Source: an uncultured Bdellovibrio sp.
Lineage (GTDB): Bacteria; Bdellovibrionota; Bdellovibrionia; Bdellovibrionales; Bdellovibrionaceae
Assembly: GCA_963932905.1 (NCBI GenBank)
Contig: CAWVRN010000001.1
Span: 288,001 to 352,000 of the forward strand
Direction: 5' to 3'
Length of the DNA stretch: 64,000 nucleotides
Below are positions 1 through 9,748 of the stretch, one piece after another. How positions within the stretch are numbered: the first letter of the stretch is position 1; each line of letters starts with the position of its first letter. A program made the translations under genes and the position numbers. The notes beneath the pieces were generated by a model, which searched no databases, was not told where the DNA came from, and saw only the letters and a program-made list of their open reading frames with translations.

Positions 1-1138
1 GGGCTTTATCAAGTGCGATTTCCTTTTTACGCTGATTCAAATAAGTATCAGAAATCAATTGAGTCATTGGAACTTTCACAAAATCAGGATCACCTAGGTA
101 CTGTGCCCGGTCTGCAAACGCCATTTGAAACGCGGAGGCCTGATAGTGAATAACTTTTGCTGTGTTCATATCCATCGGCGTCCAACTTTCTTTTTCTAAC
201 ATTTTAAGAAATTGAACGACGTGAATACCGCCAGAACTTGGTGGCGGCATAGATACAATTTTGTAATTCAGAAAATTAGATTCAACCGGTTTGCGCGCAA
301 TCGTTTTATATTTTTTTAGATCCGCCGCCGTTAGAATTCCCCCATTTTTCTTTAAGAATTGAACCATTTTTTTTGCGGTTTCACCTTGGTAGAACTCTTT
401 TTCTCCATTTTTAGCAATGGCTCGTAAAGTATTCGCAAGATCTTTTTGTACCAGGACATCGCCCACTTTATAAGACGTGCCATCTTCTTTAATAAATATT
501 TTTTTCGAATCTGGAAACTTGGCTAGTACGTCATGTCTTTCTTTCAGTGCTTTTTCTAGATCGGGATAAACGAAGAATCCTTCGTCGGCCATTTTGATTG
601 CGGGTGCTACCACGTCGGCCCATTTCATTTTTCCGTATTTTTTGTGAATTTCCCACAGACCCTTAACTAGACCGGGAACTCCAACCGAAAGGGCGCCGTC
701 TTTAGATAGATCGCTCAAATAATTACCTTGTTTATCTAAGTAAATATCGCGAAATGACTTCATTGGTGCACGCTCGCGGAAATCAATCACTACGTTCTCT
801 TTAGATCCGGCTTGATGGAATACCAAAAACCCACCGCCGCCAATACCGGTAGAATGAGGACGCTCGACTGAAATACAGAAAGAGGCTGCGACAAAAGCAT
901 CAATCAAATTGCCACCTCTATCAAGCACATCGGTAGCTGCTTTTGTCGTTAGAATACCTTGAGTAGCTAAAGCATATTTCTTGCCCGTCATCACAAAATC
1001 TTGTCGATGAGGTTTAGCAAAATCAGAAATGATTACTGAACTTTGCGGAGTTTGGGTTTTCTGAGTGCTCGAGCAGCTAACTAAAACAAAAGCGCAGGCG
1101 GCGAAATAGGACGATATTTTTAAAAATGAGTGTCTCAT
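1..1138 (-). CDS. ggt: Gamma-glutamyltransferase, lipoprotein (3' part runs off the window start)
   Basis: Hand translation from ATG at 1138: MRHSFLKISSYFAACAFVLVSC...GGNLIDAFVAASFCISVERPHSTGIGGGGF...IDFRERAP, the GGT N-terminal signature. Lipobox LVSC. Missing from the ORF track because it is truncated. Confidence 0.95.
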   Translation of the reverse strand, partial: MRHSFLKISSYFAACAFVLVSCSSTQKTQTPQSSVIISDFAKPHRQDFVMTGKKYALATQGILTTKAATDVLDRGGNLIDAFVAASFCISVERPHSTGIGGGGFLVFHQAGSKENVVIDFRERAPMKSFRDIYLDKQGNYLSDLSKDGALSVGVPGLVKGLWEIHKKYGKMKWADVVAPAIKMADEGFFVYPDLEKALKERHDVLAKFPDSKKIFIKEDGTSYKVGDVLVQKDLANTLRAIAKNGEKEFYQGETAKKMVQFLKKNGGILTAADLKKYKTIARKPVESNFLNYKIVSMPPPSSGGIHVVQFLKMLEKESWTPMDMNTAKVIHYQASAFQMAFADRAQYLGDPDFVKVPMTQLISDTYLNQRKKEIALDKA

Positions 1139-1147
1139 AGTATCCCT

Positions 1148-1876
1148 TTATTTAACGAGTTGAATGTCTTTGTAAAAATTTTTAGTTAAAGAAAATGTAG
1201 TCTCTCTTTTTTCTGTAAAAGAGTGATCGATCGCAAGCTCTACGTACTTTGTATTGCTACCAAGCAGCGGCAAAACCGCGCGGGTCCTGTCTTCGGGAGT
1301 CAGCAAGTCGTTCTTAGCTTGCAACACTAGTCCCGGGCGCTGCCAGTGAAGTGGTGCCAATGCTTTTGGGTAATCGTAGCGATTTTGAATCAATTTGAAT
1401 TCATCGCACACTTCGGTATGTGTGCGATGAAAGAACATATGTGGATATTCTTTCATTAAATTCTCTGCTAGTTCTTCGATTCCTTTACCCAACGGAATTT
1501 GAGTGAAAGGAGAGTACAAAACTATGGAAGCTAGGTCGTTCGCAAAGTGCGGAAGTAAATTTAACGAAACAAATCCGCCCCAACTGTGCCCAAGAAAATG
1601 AAGTCGTTTTAAATTAAATTCTTTCTTTATATGCTCGACATAGTTTTTCGCGGTGATCAGCGATTTTTCGAAATAGAATTTACCCAGTGATTCGCCGACG
1701 CCTTCGTAGTGATGAACAAAAATATTGGCCTTGGTATTTTCGAACAAAAAATGAGCTAAATCTTTGTTGCGATTTTTTTGAGATGGAAAACCATGAAATA
1801 TAAAGATTCCATCGCTAGAATGTTGATCGTAAGTATAGTTGAAACAGGGGCCAAATTCAGGCAAGCAGCGAAACAT
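1148..1876 (-). CDS. Alpha/beta hydrolase
   Basis: FHGFP oxyanion motif, GHSWGG nucleophile elbow, late D and H. Start moved from 1924 to ATG 1876 to avoid overlap with the divergent gene. Confidence 0.85.
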   Translation of the reverse strand: MFRCLPEFGPCFNYTYDQHSSDGIFIFHGFPSQKNRNKDLAHFLFENTKANIFVHHYEGVGESLGKFYFEKSLITAKNYVEHIKKEFNLKRLHFLGHSWGGFVSLNLLPHFANDLASIVLYSPFTQIPLGKGIEELAENLMKEYPHMFFHRTHTEVCDEFKLIQNRYDYPKALAPLHWQRPGLVLQAKNDLLTPEDRTRAVLPLLGSNTKYVELAIDHSFTEKRETTFSLTKNFYKDIQLVK

Positions 1877-1922
1877 CGTTAAAATATTTACCAATTCGTT
1901 TCGCTTTGGTATCCTATTTTTC

Positions 1923-2366
1923 ATGAAAGCACAGAAGTCTAAATGGCTTTATTTGAAAATCGGTCTTTATGCGATCCTTCTCTATTCGGTCATCTCGATA
2001 ATGCAATACGTTAAGTCCCCGACATTTTCCAGCAATGTGGATATGGTTATGGGGTCACCGTCGCAAGCACGAGTGCTTACCTGGTGCTCAAATTCTGTGC
2101 AAGTAGTGTTTGTTGTCCCAGGTGAGCAAACGATTCGGGATCCAAAAGTGATCGCTGAGCTCTGCCATCTAGCGTATTCTAGTTACAATTCTGATGAAGT
2201 GGCCAACCTACAGTGGTCCCCTTTCATGAAAGCCATGAACGAGAAGGGCGAAGAGATTGTTTTAGAAGCCTCACCCACCCATAATTTTGTAAAACAAGGC
2301 AGCTTGATCTATAAAATGGACGGTCTAACTAACAAGTTAACCGCACTAGGTATCAAGGTCGACTAA
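1923..2366 (+). CDS. Hypothetical membrane-anchored protein
   Basis: ORF track 1839..2366; likely start MKAQKSK at 1923, followed by one hydrophobic helix. Confidence 0.7.
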   Translation: MKAQKSKWLYLKIGLYAILLYSVISIMQYVKSPTFSSNVDMVMGSPSQARVLTWCSNSVQVVFVVPGEQTIRDPKVIAELCHLAYSSYNSDEVANLQWSPFMKAMNEKGEEIVLEASPTHNFVKQGSLIYKMDGLTNKLTALGIKVD

Positions 2367-2391
2367 GGGATAAATCCCAAGGAATCGATTC

Positions 2392-2420
2392 TTGACTTCA
2401 AAAATCAAATCTACTAATTT
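2392..2420 (+). promoter_or_regulatory. Sigma70-type promoter of tRNA-Asn
   Basis: TTGACT-17 nt-TAATTT ending 15 nt before the tRNA. Confidence 0.7.
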
Positions 2421-2435
2421 CAGATTTCCGGTTGT

Positions 2436-2511
2436 TCAGGAGTAGCTCAGTCGGTAGAGCAAGCGGCTGTTAACCGCTTGGTCGGGGGTTCGAGTCCCTC
2501 CTCCTGAGCCA
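2436..2511 (+). tRNA. tRNA-Asn (GTT)
   Basis: 76 nt TCAGGAG...CTCCTGA-G-CCA; D arm AGCTCAGTCGGTAGAGC, anticodon arm AGCGG-CTGTTAA-CCGCT, T loop GGTTCGAGTCC. Confidence 0.98.
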
Positions 2512-2529
2512 TTTTTTACCGGCACGATG

Positions 2530-2552
2530 AAACCACCTCACGGTGGTTTTTT
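2530..2552 (+). terminator. Intrinsic terminator after the tRNA
   Basis: AAACCACC-TCAC-GGTGGTTT followed by a T run. Confidence 0.85.
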
Positions 2553-2569
2553 AGTTTTTTACCCACTCT

Positions 2570-3994
2570 CTATTTTGTAACAACAATGTCTTTTTCAAAC
2601 AAGGCATCGGTCGCAGCACCAATGGCTTTTACATTCGCCTTAATGCCGTTACCTTGCATGTCCGCTTCGACCAGCATGAAGTTATGTTCTTTCGAAGCAG
2701 CGATTCGTCTTGGATTTTCCCAACTTTTTCCGCCAAATATGTAGCTGTGGTAGGGGCTGGCTGTTAATTCAAATGTTGGATAACCTAAGAAGCTTTTTTC
2801 TACCGTCGAGATTTCTGAAAAGTGAACATCGCCGGAAACAAAGACCGTGGTGGATTTGCTTCCTTTAACGTCTTTTAAGAACCGTTCGAACTGAACCGGA
2901 TGATCACCGATAAAAGTTTCATTTACGATTTTCTTCTTACCACCCTCGCCGACTTCCACCAGACTTTGAAAAAATTGATCGCCCATCACTAACCACGCTG
3001 GTAGCGAGTTTGAATTTAATTGATCGATGATCCATTCGTGTTGTTTCTTTCCCAAATGGCCATTGGGATCTTTCTGACTTCCAGGTGGCTGACGATAGTA
3101 TCGTGCATCCATCATGATAAATTTTTGTCCAAACAAAGTATATGCCGACGAAACGCCGCCAACCCCTTGTTTGAAAACGCCGTTAATATCAGGAGCGTGG
3201 AAAAGGGCTTTGAAAATTCGTTTAGAAGAATCTTTACCCGAAAAATTAATGTCAGAATTATTCGTTCCCATATCATGATCATCCCAGTTAGCAATGATTG
3301 GGATTAATTTTTGACTGCGGAAGATTTCTAAAGTTTGGAAACTATCTATATAACGCTGCCAAATTTCCCACTCTTGCATTTTGTGAGTCGGCGATTCACG
3401 TTTTACAAATTCAAATGAATCAACGTAAACGACATCTCCGTTCATGATGATAAAGTCAGGATTGCTTTGGACAACCTTGTTCCAAATTGTTTTACGGATC
3501 GTAGCAAAACGATTGTCATCGGCCTGACAAGATCCCACTACAAATTTAAAGTGACGTTGATTTAGATCCAGCGAACGAAACTTCCTATAATCCATGGCTT
3601 GATCGAGGGGGTCTGCTACCTTTTCGACAACATACAGACCGTAATCCGTGTTTGGAACTAAATCGGTAAAATGAAACTTATCAATTTTCCAAAAAGTATA
3701 GTTTGCTTGTTCAATCACCTGGTAAGGTTGAACCCGCTTAAGTTCTTTGTTATTCGCATCGGTCAAAACATAAGTATACGTTTTATATCTTGGCGAGATA
3801 CTGGCGAAATAGGCTTCCGACGCGCTAGTCGGCCCTTGAATCATAGCGAATCGACCGAGTGGCATATACTCGCTAAACGTGTTCGCATTTGGTAGTCGCA
3901 TCGCTTCGGGATTAGCCGCCACATACTTGGCTAGCTGTTGTTGGGCGCAAGAGATAGATAGTAAACTGAGACCGATTAAAAATAGTGTTTTCAT
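2570..3994 (-). CDS. phoD: Alkaline phosphatase D family lipoprotein
   Basis: GSC, NGDVVYVD, WDDHD, DARYYR and SGDVH motifs; lipobox SISC after likely start MKTLFLIG (3994). Confidence 0.88.
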   Translation of the reverse strand: MKTLFLIGLSLLSISCAQQQLAKYVAANPEAMRLPNANTFSEYMPLGRFAMIQGPTSASEAYFASISPRYKTYTYVLTDANNKELKRVQPYQVIEQANYTFWKIDKFHFTDLVPNTDYGLYVVEKVADPLDQAMDYRKFRSLDLNQRHFKFVVGSCQADDNRFATIRKTIWNKVVQSNPDFIIMNGDVVYVDSFEFVKRESPTHKMQEWEIWQRYIDSFQTLEIFRSQKLIPIIANWDDHDMGTNNSDINFSGKDSSKRIFKALFHAPDINGVFKQGVGGVSSAYTLFGQKFIMMDARYYRQPPGSQKDPNGHLGKKQHEWIIDQLNSNSLPAWLVMGDQFFQSLVEVGEGGKKKIVNETFIGDHPVQFERFLKDVKGSKSTTVFVSGDVHFSEISTVEKSFLGYPTFELTASPYHSYIFGGKSWENPRRIAASKEHNFMLVEADMQGNGIKANVKAIGAATDALFEKDIVVTK

Positions 3995-4094
3995 GGCGCC
4001 TATCACATCCAAGATTTTCGTTTCGGGCAAGCGCAATAGTTATTGCCGAGCCGTGTTTGTTTAGATAGAAATTTTTGATACCAAGGACAGAACT

Positions 4095-5129
4095 GTGGCA
4101 GTACCCAATATCTCGGCCGGTGAATTACAAACTCTAGCGGAAAAATTCTTAGACAAAGTCTTTGTTAAGGCTAGTTCGCAAAAATTTTCTATTGAGTCGC
4201 ATTGGGATATAGATCATTTGTGTTTTCGTTCGGAAAGCATTGATGAATATGAAGCCTACCGCGACGTGTTTTCCGCCTTGGGCGAGCTACTGACCGAGAT
4301 GAACGTGAACGGGCGCCCCATTGCGACGTTCGAGCTACACACACCGATCCAATACAAACAATGGCTAATTAAATTGATTGAATTGCCAGCGCCCAAAAAA
4401 GGTAAATCAGTCACCACGGGTTTTGAGCATTTTGAAATCGTCGTTGATCGTTCTCTAGAACAGCTTGCAAAACAATACGCAAAACTAGAATGGGACAAGT
4501 CAGGATTAGAAAAAACATTTAATCCTGAACTTGAATTACCGTTAGGCGACGCCGCAATAAAACTTCATAATCTCTCTTTGAAATCAGTTATCAATTTCGA
4601 ACACCGTCCAAAAATGGCCATCTTAGTTTCTGAACTGAATCTACTTGAAATGTTTAAAGATCACGAACCTTTTATCGCGGGAACCGTTCCTTTAGCCGTT
4701 GATCTGCCAACAGCTGATTTGGATTTGCTGGTTACCTTCAGTGATGTCGCAAAATTCAAAGAAATGTGTCATCAGGGTTTTGCTCTGCTTCCTGAATTTG
4801 AAATTTCGATGGGTGAAATCAATGGAACTCCCTACTGCCTTTGCCGATTTGACTATCGAGGAATTCCCGTAGAAATTTTCTGCTCCGCCCAATCCACATT
4901 CAGGCAAAATGGATATTTACATTTCAACAGCGAAGAGAAGATCTTAAAATATGCCCGATCGACATGGACAAAAGAAATTTTGGAATTAAAACAGACTGGA
5001 TTAAAAACAGAGCCAGCCTTTGCGCGCCTACTACAAAGTCGTGACGTAGACGCTTACCAATTCATTTTAGATTTACAGAAAAAATCAATTCAAGATTTAC
5101 GACGCATTCTTAGATCTAGTCTGAACTAG
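4095..5129 (+). CDS. YecM-like VOC domain fused to a DUF4269-like domain
   Basis: N-terminus DHLCFR, NGRPIATFEL, IELPAPK, GFEHFEIV (YecM-like); C-terminus GTVPLAVDLPTADLDLL, EIF, GLKTEPAFARLL (DUF4269-like). Confidence 0.75.
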   Translation: MAVPNISAGELQTLAEKFLDKVFVKASSQKFSIESHWDIDHLCFRSESIDEYEAYRDVFSALGELLTEMNVNGRPIATFELHTPIQYKQWLIKLIELPAPKKGKSVTTGFEHFEIVVDRSLEQLAKQYAKLEWDKSGLEKTFNPELELPLGDAAIKLHNLSLKSVINFEHRPKMAILVSELNLLEMFKDHEPFIAGTVPLAVDLPTADLDLLVTFSDVAKFKEMCHQGFALLPEFEISMGEINGTPYCLCRFDYRGIPVEIFCSAQSTFRQNGYLHFNSEEKILKYARSTWTKEILELKQTGLKTEPAFARLLQSRDVDAYQFILDLQKKSIQDLRRILRSSLN

Positions 5130-5131
5130 AT

Positions 5132-6256
5132 CTAAGCTGTCGCCAACTGCGTGTACAATTGCCATTCTTTAAGGGCAAAGTTAAATTCCGCTTTTGCTTT
5201 CTGGATGTTTAATTTCATTTCAGCCACTTGAAGCTGTAATTCATTCCATTTTTCTTGCGAAGAATTCTGCCAATCACGTTTGACCATCGCGTACTCTTCT
5301 TTGAATTTCTTAATCTTATTTTGCGTTTCTAAGATCTTCAATTTCAGGGCTTCTACTTTTTCAGTCGACACACCTTTAGCTTCTAACCATTTTGCTTCTG
5401 CGTTCAGTCTGGCTTTCAAAATTTCTTGCGCCGGAATTGTTTTCAATTTTTTCGCCATACCGAAAAGGTTCATCAATTGGATAGTCCATTTAGTTGGATC
5501 CCAATGATACCATTTGATGCCATTACGGTAGTCTAATTGAAATTGGTGATGGAAATTATGGTAACCTTCACCGTGGGTCAAAATAGCCACGATAAAGCTA
5601 TCACGTGCCGAAATTTCTTTAGAATACGTTTGTTCCCCCAAAGTGTGGCAGAGAGAATTTACAAAGAACGTGCTTTGTTGAGTTAGGAAAATACGTAGTG
5701 ATCCAAAAATAATCAGGCCACCAAGTGGCGCACCAAAACACAAACCAATTAAAATCGGCAGAACAAAACCCGTTCCAATGCTCCATAATAAATAATGTTT
5801 GTTTTGATGTTGAAGCAATTTATCTTTTTCTAAATCAGGAGCTTTGATTTCTAAATCCACTGAATCTTTGTAAAACAACCAGCCGATGTGCGCGTACCAA
5901 AATCCCTTTTTAATAGAATAGGGGTCTTTTTCAGTGTCGATATGACTGTGGTGGCGACGATGATCTGAAGCCCATTTTAACGCTGGTCCCTGAAATGCTG
6001 ACGAACCGAAAAACAGCAACCAGAATTTCATGAACGTATTTGTTTCATAGCTTCTGTGCGCAAACAGGCGATGGTATCCTGCTGTGATGCTTAGATTCGT
6101 GATCGCTGCGAATACTAAAAACACGGCCCACATAGCCACGGTTGTATCGAAGAAATAAATATAAATAAAAAATAACGTCAAACCAACTATAGGATTCAAC
6201 GTCAGGAACAAGGCCACCGGCCAATCGATTTGCTTTTTGATTTTCATATGTACCAA
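5132..6256 (-). CDS. Acyl-CoA (delta-9) desaturase with C-terminal coiled coil
   Basis: His boxes GYHRLFAH, HRRHH, GEGYHNFHH and TM helices. Confidence 0.93.
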   Translation of the reverse strand: MVHMKIKKQIDWPVALFLTLNPIVGLTLFFIYIYFFDTTVAMWAVFLVFAAITNLSITAGYHRLFAHRSYETNTFMKFWLLFFGSSAFQGPALKWASDHRRHHSHIDTEKDPYSIKKGFWYAHIGWLFYKDSVDLEIKAPDLEKDKLLQHQNKHYLLWSIGTGFVLPILIGLCFGAPLGGLIIFGSLRIFLTQQSTFFVNSLCHTLGEQTYSKEISARDSFIVAILTHGEGYHNFHHQFQLDYRNGIKWYHWDPTKWTIQLMNLFGMAKKLKTIPAQEILKARLNAEAKWLEAKGVSTEKVEALKLKILETQNKIKKFKEEYAMVKRDWQNSSQEKWNELQLQVAEMKLNIQKAKAEFNFALKEWQLYTQLATA

Positions 6257-6274
6257 CAGTGTGCCATTAAAAGG

Positions 6275-7123
6275 TTAGCCCATCAATAACTTAAGCCATT
6301 CGAGCTTATTTTTCGGTACTTGTTCTAGAGGCATGAACAACCCTGTTTTCAGTCCGCTTTCGGTGGCCTTTGTGCCCTGCCACAAGTCCGTTCTAAGCTG
6401 AACCAATTCTTTTAGAAGTTTAAAGGCTTTTAAATTATTGTTTTTCATGACTTTGATAACTTCTGTGACTGTCACATGTGGGATGGAATCATCCCAACAA
6501 TCGTAATCGGTAACCCAACAGCACGGCAGATAGGCTAGTCCAGCCTCTCGAGCTAAAGCAAATTCTGGGAAATGGGTCATACCAATTATATCGGCACCTG
6601 CACTGATGTAGGATTTTGATTCCGCTTGAGTTGAAAAATAAGGGCCTTCAATACAAATGTATGTGCCTTTATAATGAGTCTGAAAATCAAACTTAGAGGC
6701 TACGGTTTTTAGCTTTTGTTCCATTACATCGCAGATGGGTTTTGCTAGCGAAACATGGCCAACTATGCCTTCGCCAAGGAAGGTGTGTTTACGAAACCCT
6801 TTAGTTCTATCAATATATTGGCTGGTGATGACCATATCTCCAGGTTTAAATTCTTTTTTTAAACTGCCCACAGCCGAGAAAGAAACGATCGCTTTAGCGC
6901 CGTGTTTTTTTAAGGCATAGATGTTGGCGCGATAGTTTACTTCACTCGGTAAATGTTCGTGATGTTTACCGTGTCTTGAAACAAAAAGGCATTCGTGTCC
7001 TGCAATGCGAACTTTTTTAAATCCGGAGGCACAATCACCAAATGGTGTGCTGCGATCAAGTTCCGCGACAAATTCAAACTCCTCAAAATTTTCAAAACCA
7101 GAACCACCAATAATTGCTAACAT
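6275..7123 (-). CDS. mtnP: S-methyl-5'-thioadenosine phosphorylase
   Basis: IIGGSG, RHG, NYRANI, EGPYFSTQAES, IGMT, TDYDCW. Confidence 0.93.
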   Translation of the reverse strand: MLAIIGGSGFENFEEFEFVAELDRSTPFGDCASGFKKVRIAGHECLFVSRHGKHHEHLPSEVNYRANIYALKKHGAKAIVSFSAVGSLKKEFKPGDMVITSQYIDRTKGFRKHTFLGEGIVGHVSLAKPICDVMEQKLKTVASKFDFQTHYKGTYICIEGPYFSTQAESKSYISAGADIIGMTHFPEFALAREAGLAYLPCCWVTDYDCWDDSIPHVTVTEVIKVMKNNNLKAFKLLKELVQLRTDLWQGTKATESGLKTGLFMPLEQVPKNKLEWLKLLMG

Positions 7124-8118
7124 AAATCTCCCAAATTCTTGTGAGTGATAATTTTATGATCTAAAACCCAGGCCGTAACAAACTCGTTCGGAGTGACATC
7201 AAATGAAGGGTTGTATACTTTTGTGCCGTCCGGAGCCCAAGTCAATGACTCGCTAGAAGAATGAAACCCCGTTACTTCGTTAGAAATTCTTTCTTCGATC
7301 GGAATATTGTTTCCACTTGGACATTGTGGATCCACCGTAGTGCGTGGGCCAACTACGTAAAACGGAATTTTGTGTAGGTGGCAAAGGGCCGCTACGGAAT
7401 AGGTTCCAATTTTGTTTGCAAAGTCACCGTTTACGGCGATGCGGTCGCAGCCAACGAAAGCTTTGGAAATTTTTCCTTGCCTCATCAAAAATGCAGCCAT
7501 TGAGTCTGTAATTAACGTGAATGGAATTCTTTCCTTAGACAATTCCCAGGTAGTTAAACGTGCGCCTTGCAGAAGCGGACGGGTTTCATCTACATAAACG
7601 TGAATTTTCTTTCCCTGTTGATGGGCTTTCTTAATGGCTCCCAACGCTGTTCCTGAGCCAACGGTGGCTAAAGATCCCGTGTTACAGTGAGTAAGAATGT
7701 TATCGCCATCTCTGATCAATTCGGCACCTAACGTCGACATACCATCGCATAAAGTCTGATCTTCGTCGAAAATACGCAGAGCTTCAGCGACTAAATCATT
7801 TACTGATGAAAAGTGCTTTAGAACCTGATCAATATTGTTCATTAGGTTAACCGCCGTCGGACGAGCGGCTTTTAACGTTTGGGCATCTTTTTCTAGAGAT
7901 TTTAAATCTTGTCCTAGCAGCGCACGATGTGCCAAGTAAAGACTAGCACTTACTCCAATAAGAGGCGCACCACGCACACGCAGCGATTTAATGGCTTCTA
8001 CCATCTGATCTAGGCTTTCAATTTTTATCCAAATTTCCTTTTTAGGTAGAAGAGTTTGGTCTAGCAACGAAAATTCAGTAGTAGACCATTTTAACGATAG
8101 TGTAGCTAGTGATCTCAT
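7117..8118 (-). CDS. mtnA: Methylthioribose-1-phosphate isomerase
   Basis: LDQTLLP, VRGAPLIG, ARPTAVNL, LTHCNTGSLAT, DETRPLLQGARLT, NKIGTY. Confidence 0.96.
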   Translation of the reverse strand: MRSLATLSLKWSTTEFSLLDQTLLPKKEIWIKIESLDQMVEAIKSLRVRGAPLIGVSASLYLAHRALLGQDLKSLEKDAQTLKAARPTAVNLMNNIDQVLKHFSSVNDLVAEALRIFDEDQTLCDGMSTLGAELIRDGDNILTHCNTGSLATVGSGTALGAIKKAHQQGKKIHVYVDETRPLLQGARLTTWELSKERIPFTLITDSMAAFLMRQGKISKAFVGCDRIAVNGDFANKIGTYSVAALCHLHKIPFYVVGPRTTVDPQCPSGNNIPIEERISNEVTGFHSSSESLTWAPDGTKVYNPSFDVTPNEFVTAWVLDHKIITHKNLGDLC

Positions 8119-8771
8119 AGATTGTAATTACCTATTTGTGTGCGCAGATCAAAAAGTTCTTTGATTTCATCTGCCGGAAGTTCCTCAAGATTTATTTTCA
8201 AATTTTTTAATTCGATAGCGAGTTTCAGAATATAAGCAATATGTTCGACCCGTTCGATACCTCGGTAGGCTTCATCCAGTGTTTCGCCCCAGGCAACAGC
8301 GCCATGTTTTTGCATAATAAGCACTTTGTGATCAGGAAGGAACGGCTGCAAACTTGTACCCATATCATCACTACCAGGACGCGCATAGGGGACTATCGGA
8401 ATTTTACCGGTCGCTAAAATAACCTCAGGAAGGCTTTTATAGGGAAGTTCTTTCATGTCACCAAATGCCAGAGACCAGGCGATCGCGTGGGGGGGATGGG
8501 CGTGAACGACTGCGTTTGCCGCAGGACAGTTTCGGTATATAGCCAAATGAAGCTTCCGCTCACTAGAGGGGGCGCCCGAAACCACTTTGCCGTCCAGGGA
8601 AATGCAAGCAAGTTCGCGATTATCAATAAATGCTTTGGTTTGCCCCGTCGGTGTGATCCAAATTGTTTGATCGTTTTCTTTAACGCTGACGTTTCCGTCT
8701 GCTGCCGCAAGAAGATTGCGATCGTGTAGACGCTGACAAACTTCGATGATTTTTTGCTTAATATTTCCCAT
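8115..8771 (-). CDS. Class II aldolase/adducin family (Ald2/FucA-like)
   Basis: DGNVS, ITPTG, PSSE..LH, VVHAHP, KHG. Confidence 0.9.
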   Translation of the reverse strand: MGNIKQKIIEVCQRLHDRNLLAAADGNVSVKENDQTIWITPTGQTKAFIDNRELACISLDGKVVSGAPSSERKLHLAIYRNCPAANAVVHAHPPHAIAWSLAFGDMKELPYKSLPEVILATGKIPIVPYARPGSDDMGTSLQPFLPDHKVLIMQKHGAVAWGETLDEAYRGIERVEHIAYILKLAIELKNLKINLEELPADEIKELFDLRTQIGNYNL

Positions 8772-8797
8772 GGAGACCCTTTAGTAGTCGATCCCCA

Positions 8798-9598
8798 TTA
8801 AAAGTCAATTTTTTTGGCCTTTTTCTCTGTGGATTTAGTATTTTCTAATCCCTTTAAAATATGCCCAAAGGATTCCAGGTGATGTAGTTTCGGTTTCCAA
8901 AATAAATTGACACGATTTTGATTAGCTTCGGTGATTTCGCGTTCTCTGAGTGGCTCCGGTATCTCTTGAAGCAATTGGGAAAGACGCTTCTGATTATTGA
9001 GTTCGTAAGGGTACTTGGTTTCGATGGTCTTAAATATCTTTTTAGGATCAATTTTGTCAGCCTTCATCTCTAAAAAGAGGGCGATTGATTTTTCTGAGTC
9101 AGTGATACGTTCTTTGAGATGACGAATTTCGTGATTTACTAACTCGAGCTGCCTATGAAGATATTTTTTTTCATCCATTAAAAATTCAACATCTAAAGAA
9201 TTGGATTTTGTGAAATGTTTTGAGTCCTGATTAAGTAAATCAATTATCCGTGTTTTATAATTTACGATGAACTGATAAACAAAAAAGAATTCTGAATATG
9301 AATTATTCAGCGGCAGAGCCACCAAATCGTTCAAGGTCTGGATGAGTCCGGCTCGGGTCAGCTTATAGCGGGGCGGATTTTTACGCCCCATCTTTTTTGC
9401 TAATCCGAGCCGGACCATATTCTGTAGGCTTCGCATTACTTGTGTATTGTGAAGGGGGAAGGGCTCGCTATCAATTTTCACAAACACCCAATTCGAAAAT
9501 AGATCCATATAGAACCGTACTTCTCGCTGCCGGAAACCATCTAGCATTGAGCTAGAGTGAGCGGCAATTACAGAAGCATAAAAGTACTTTGAGTTCAT
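8798..9598 (-). CDS. Putative winged-helix (PadR-like) regulator with helical C-terminus
   Basis: TQVMRSLQNMVRLGLAKK...PRYKLTRAG resembles a wHTH recognition helix plus wing. Confidence 0.55.
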   Translation of the reverse strand: MNSKYFYASVIAAHSSSMLDGFRQREVRFYMDLFSNWVFVKIDSEPFPLHNTQVMRSLQNMVRLGLAKKMGRKNPPRYKLTRAGLIQTLNDLVALPLNNSYSEFFFVYQFIVNYKTRIIDLLNQDSKHFTKSNSLDVEFLMDEKKYLHRQLELVNHEIRHLKERITDSEKSIALFLEMKADKIDPKKIFKTIETKYPYELNNQKRLSQLLQEIPEPLREREITEANQNRVNLFWKPKLHHLESFGHILKGLENTKSTEKKAKKIDF

Positions 9599-9604
9599 AG
9601 TTTA

Positions 9605-9715
9605 ATTACAATGTAACTAAAATTATAAATCAATAAAAATATATAAATATATATAAAAATAGTTATACACATTTCCACATGTTACATTGTAACAAATATA
9701 TCCACATTTCCACAT
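9605..9715. promoter_or_regulatory. Candidate operator region of a divergent promoter
   Basis: Palindromes ATTACAATGTAAC (9605-9617) and GTTACATTGTAAC (9681-9693); direct repeat CACATTTCCACAT at 9668-9680 and 9703-9715. Confidence 0.6.
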
Positions 9716-9748
9716 AGGGATAAAGTATTCTTTCTGCATGGAGGATCT

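Noticed and set aside
2436..2511. tRNA-Asn as an integration site
   Set aside because: No 3'-end duplication or integrase seen; followed directly by a terminator.
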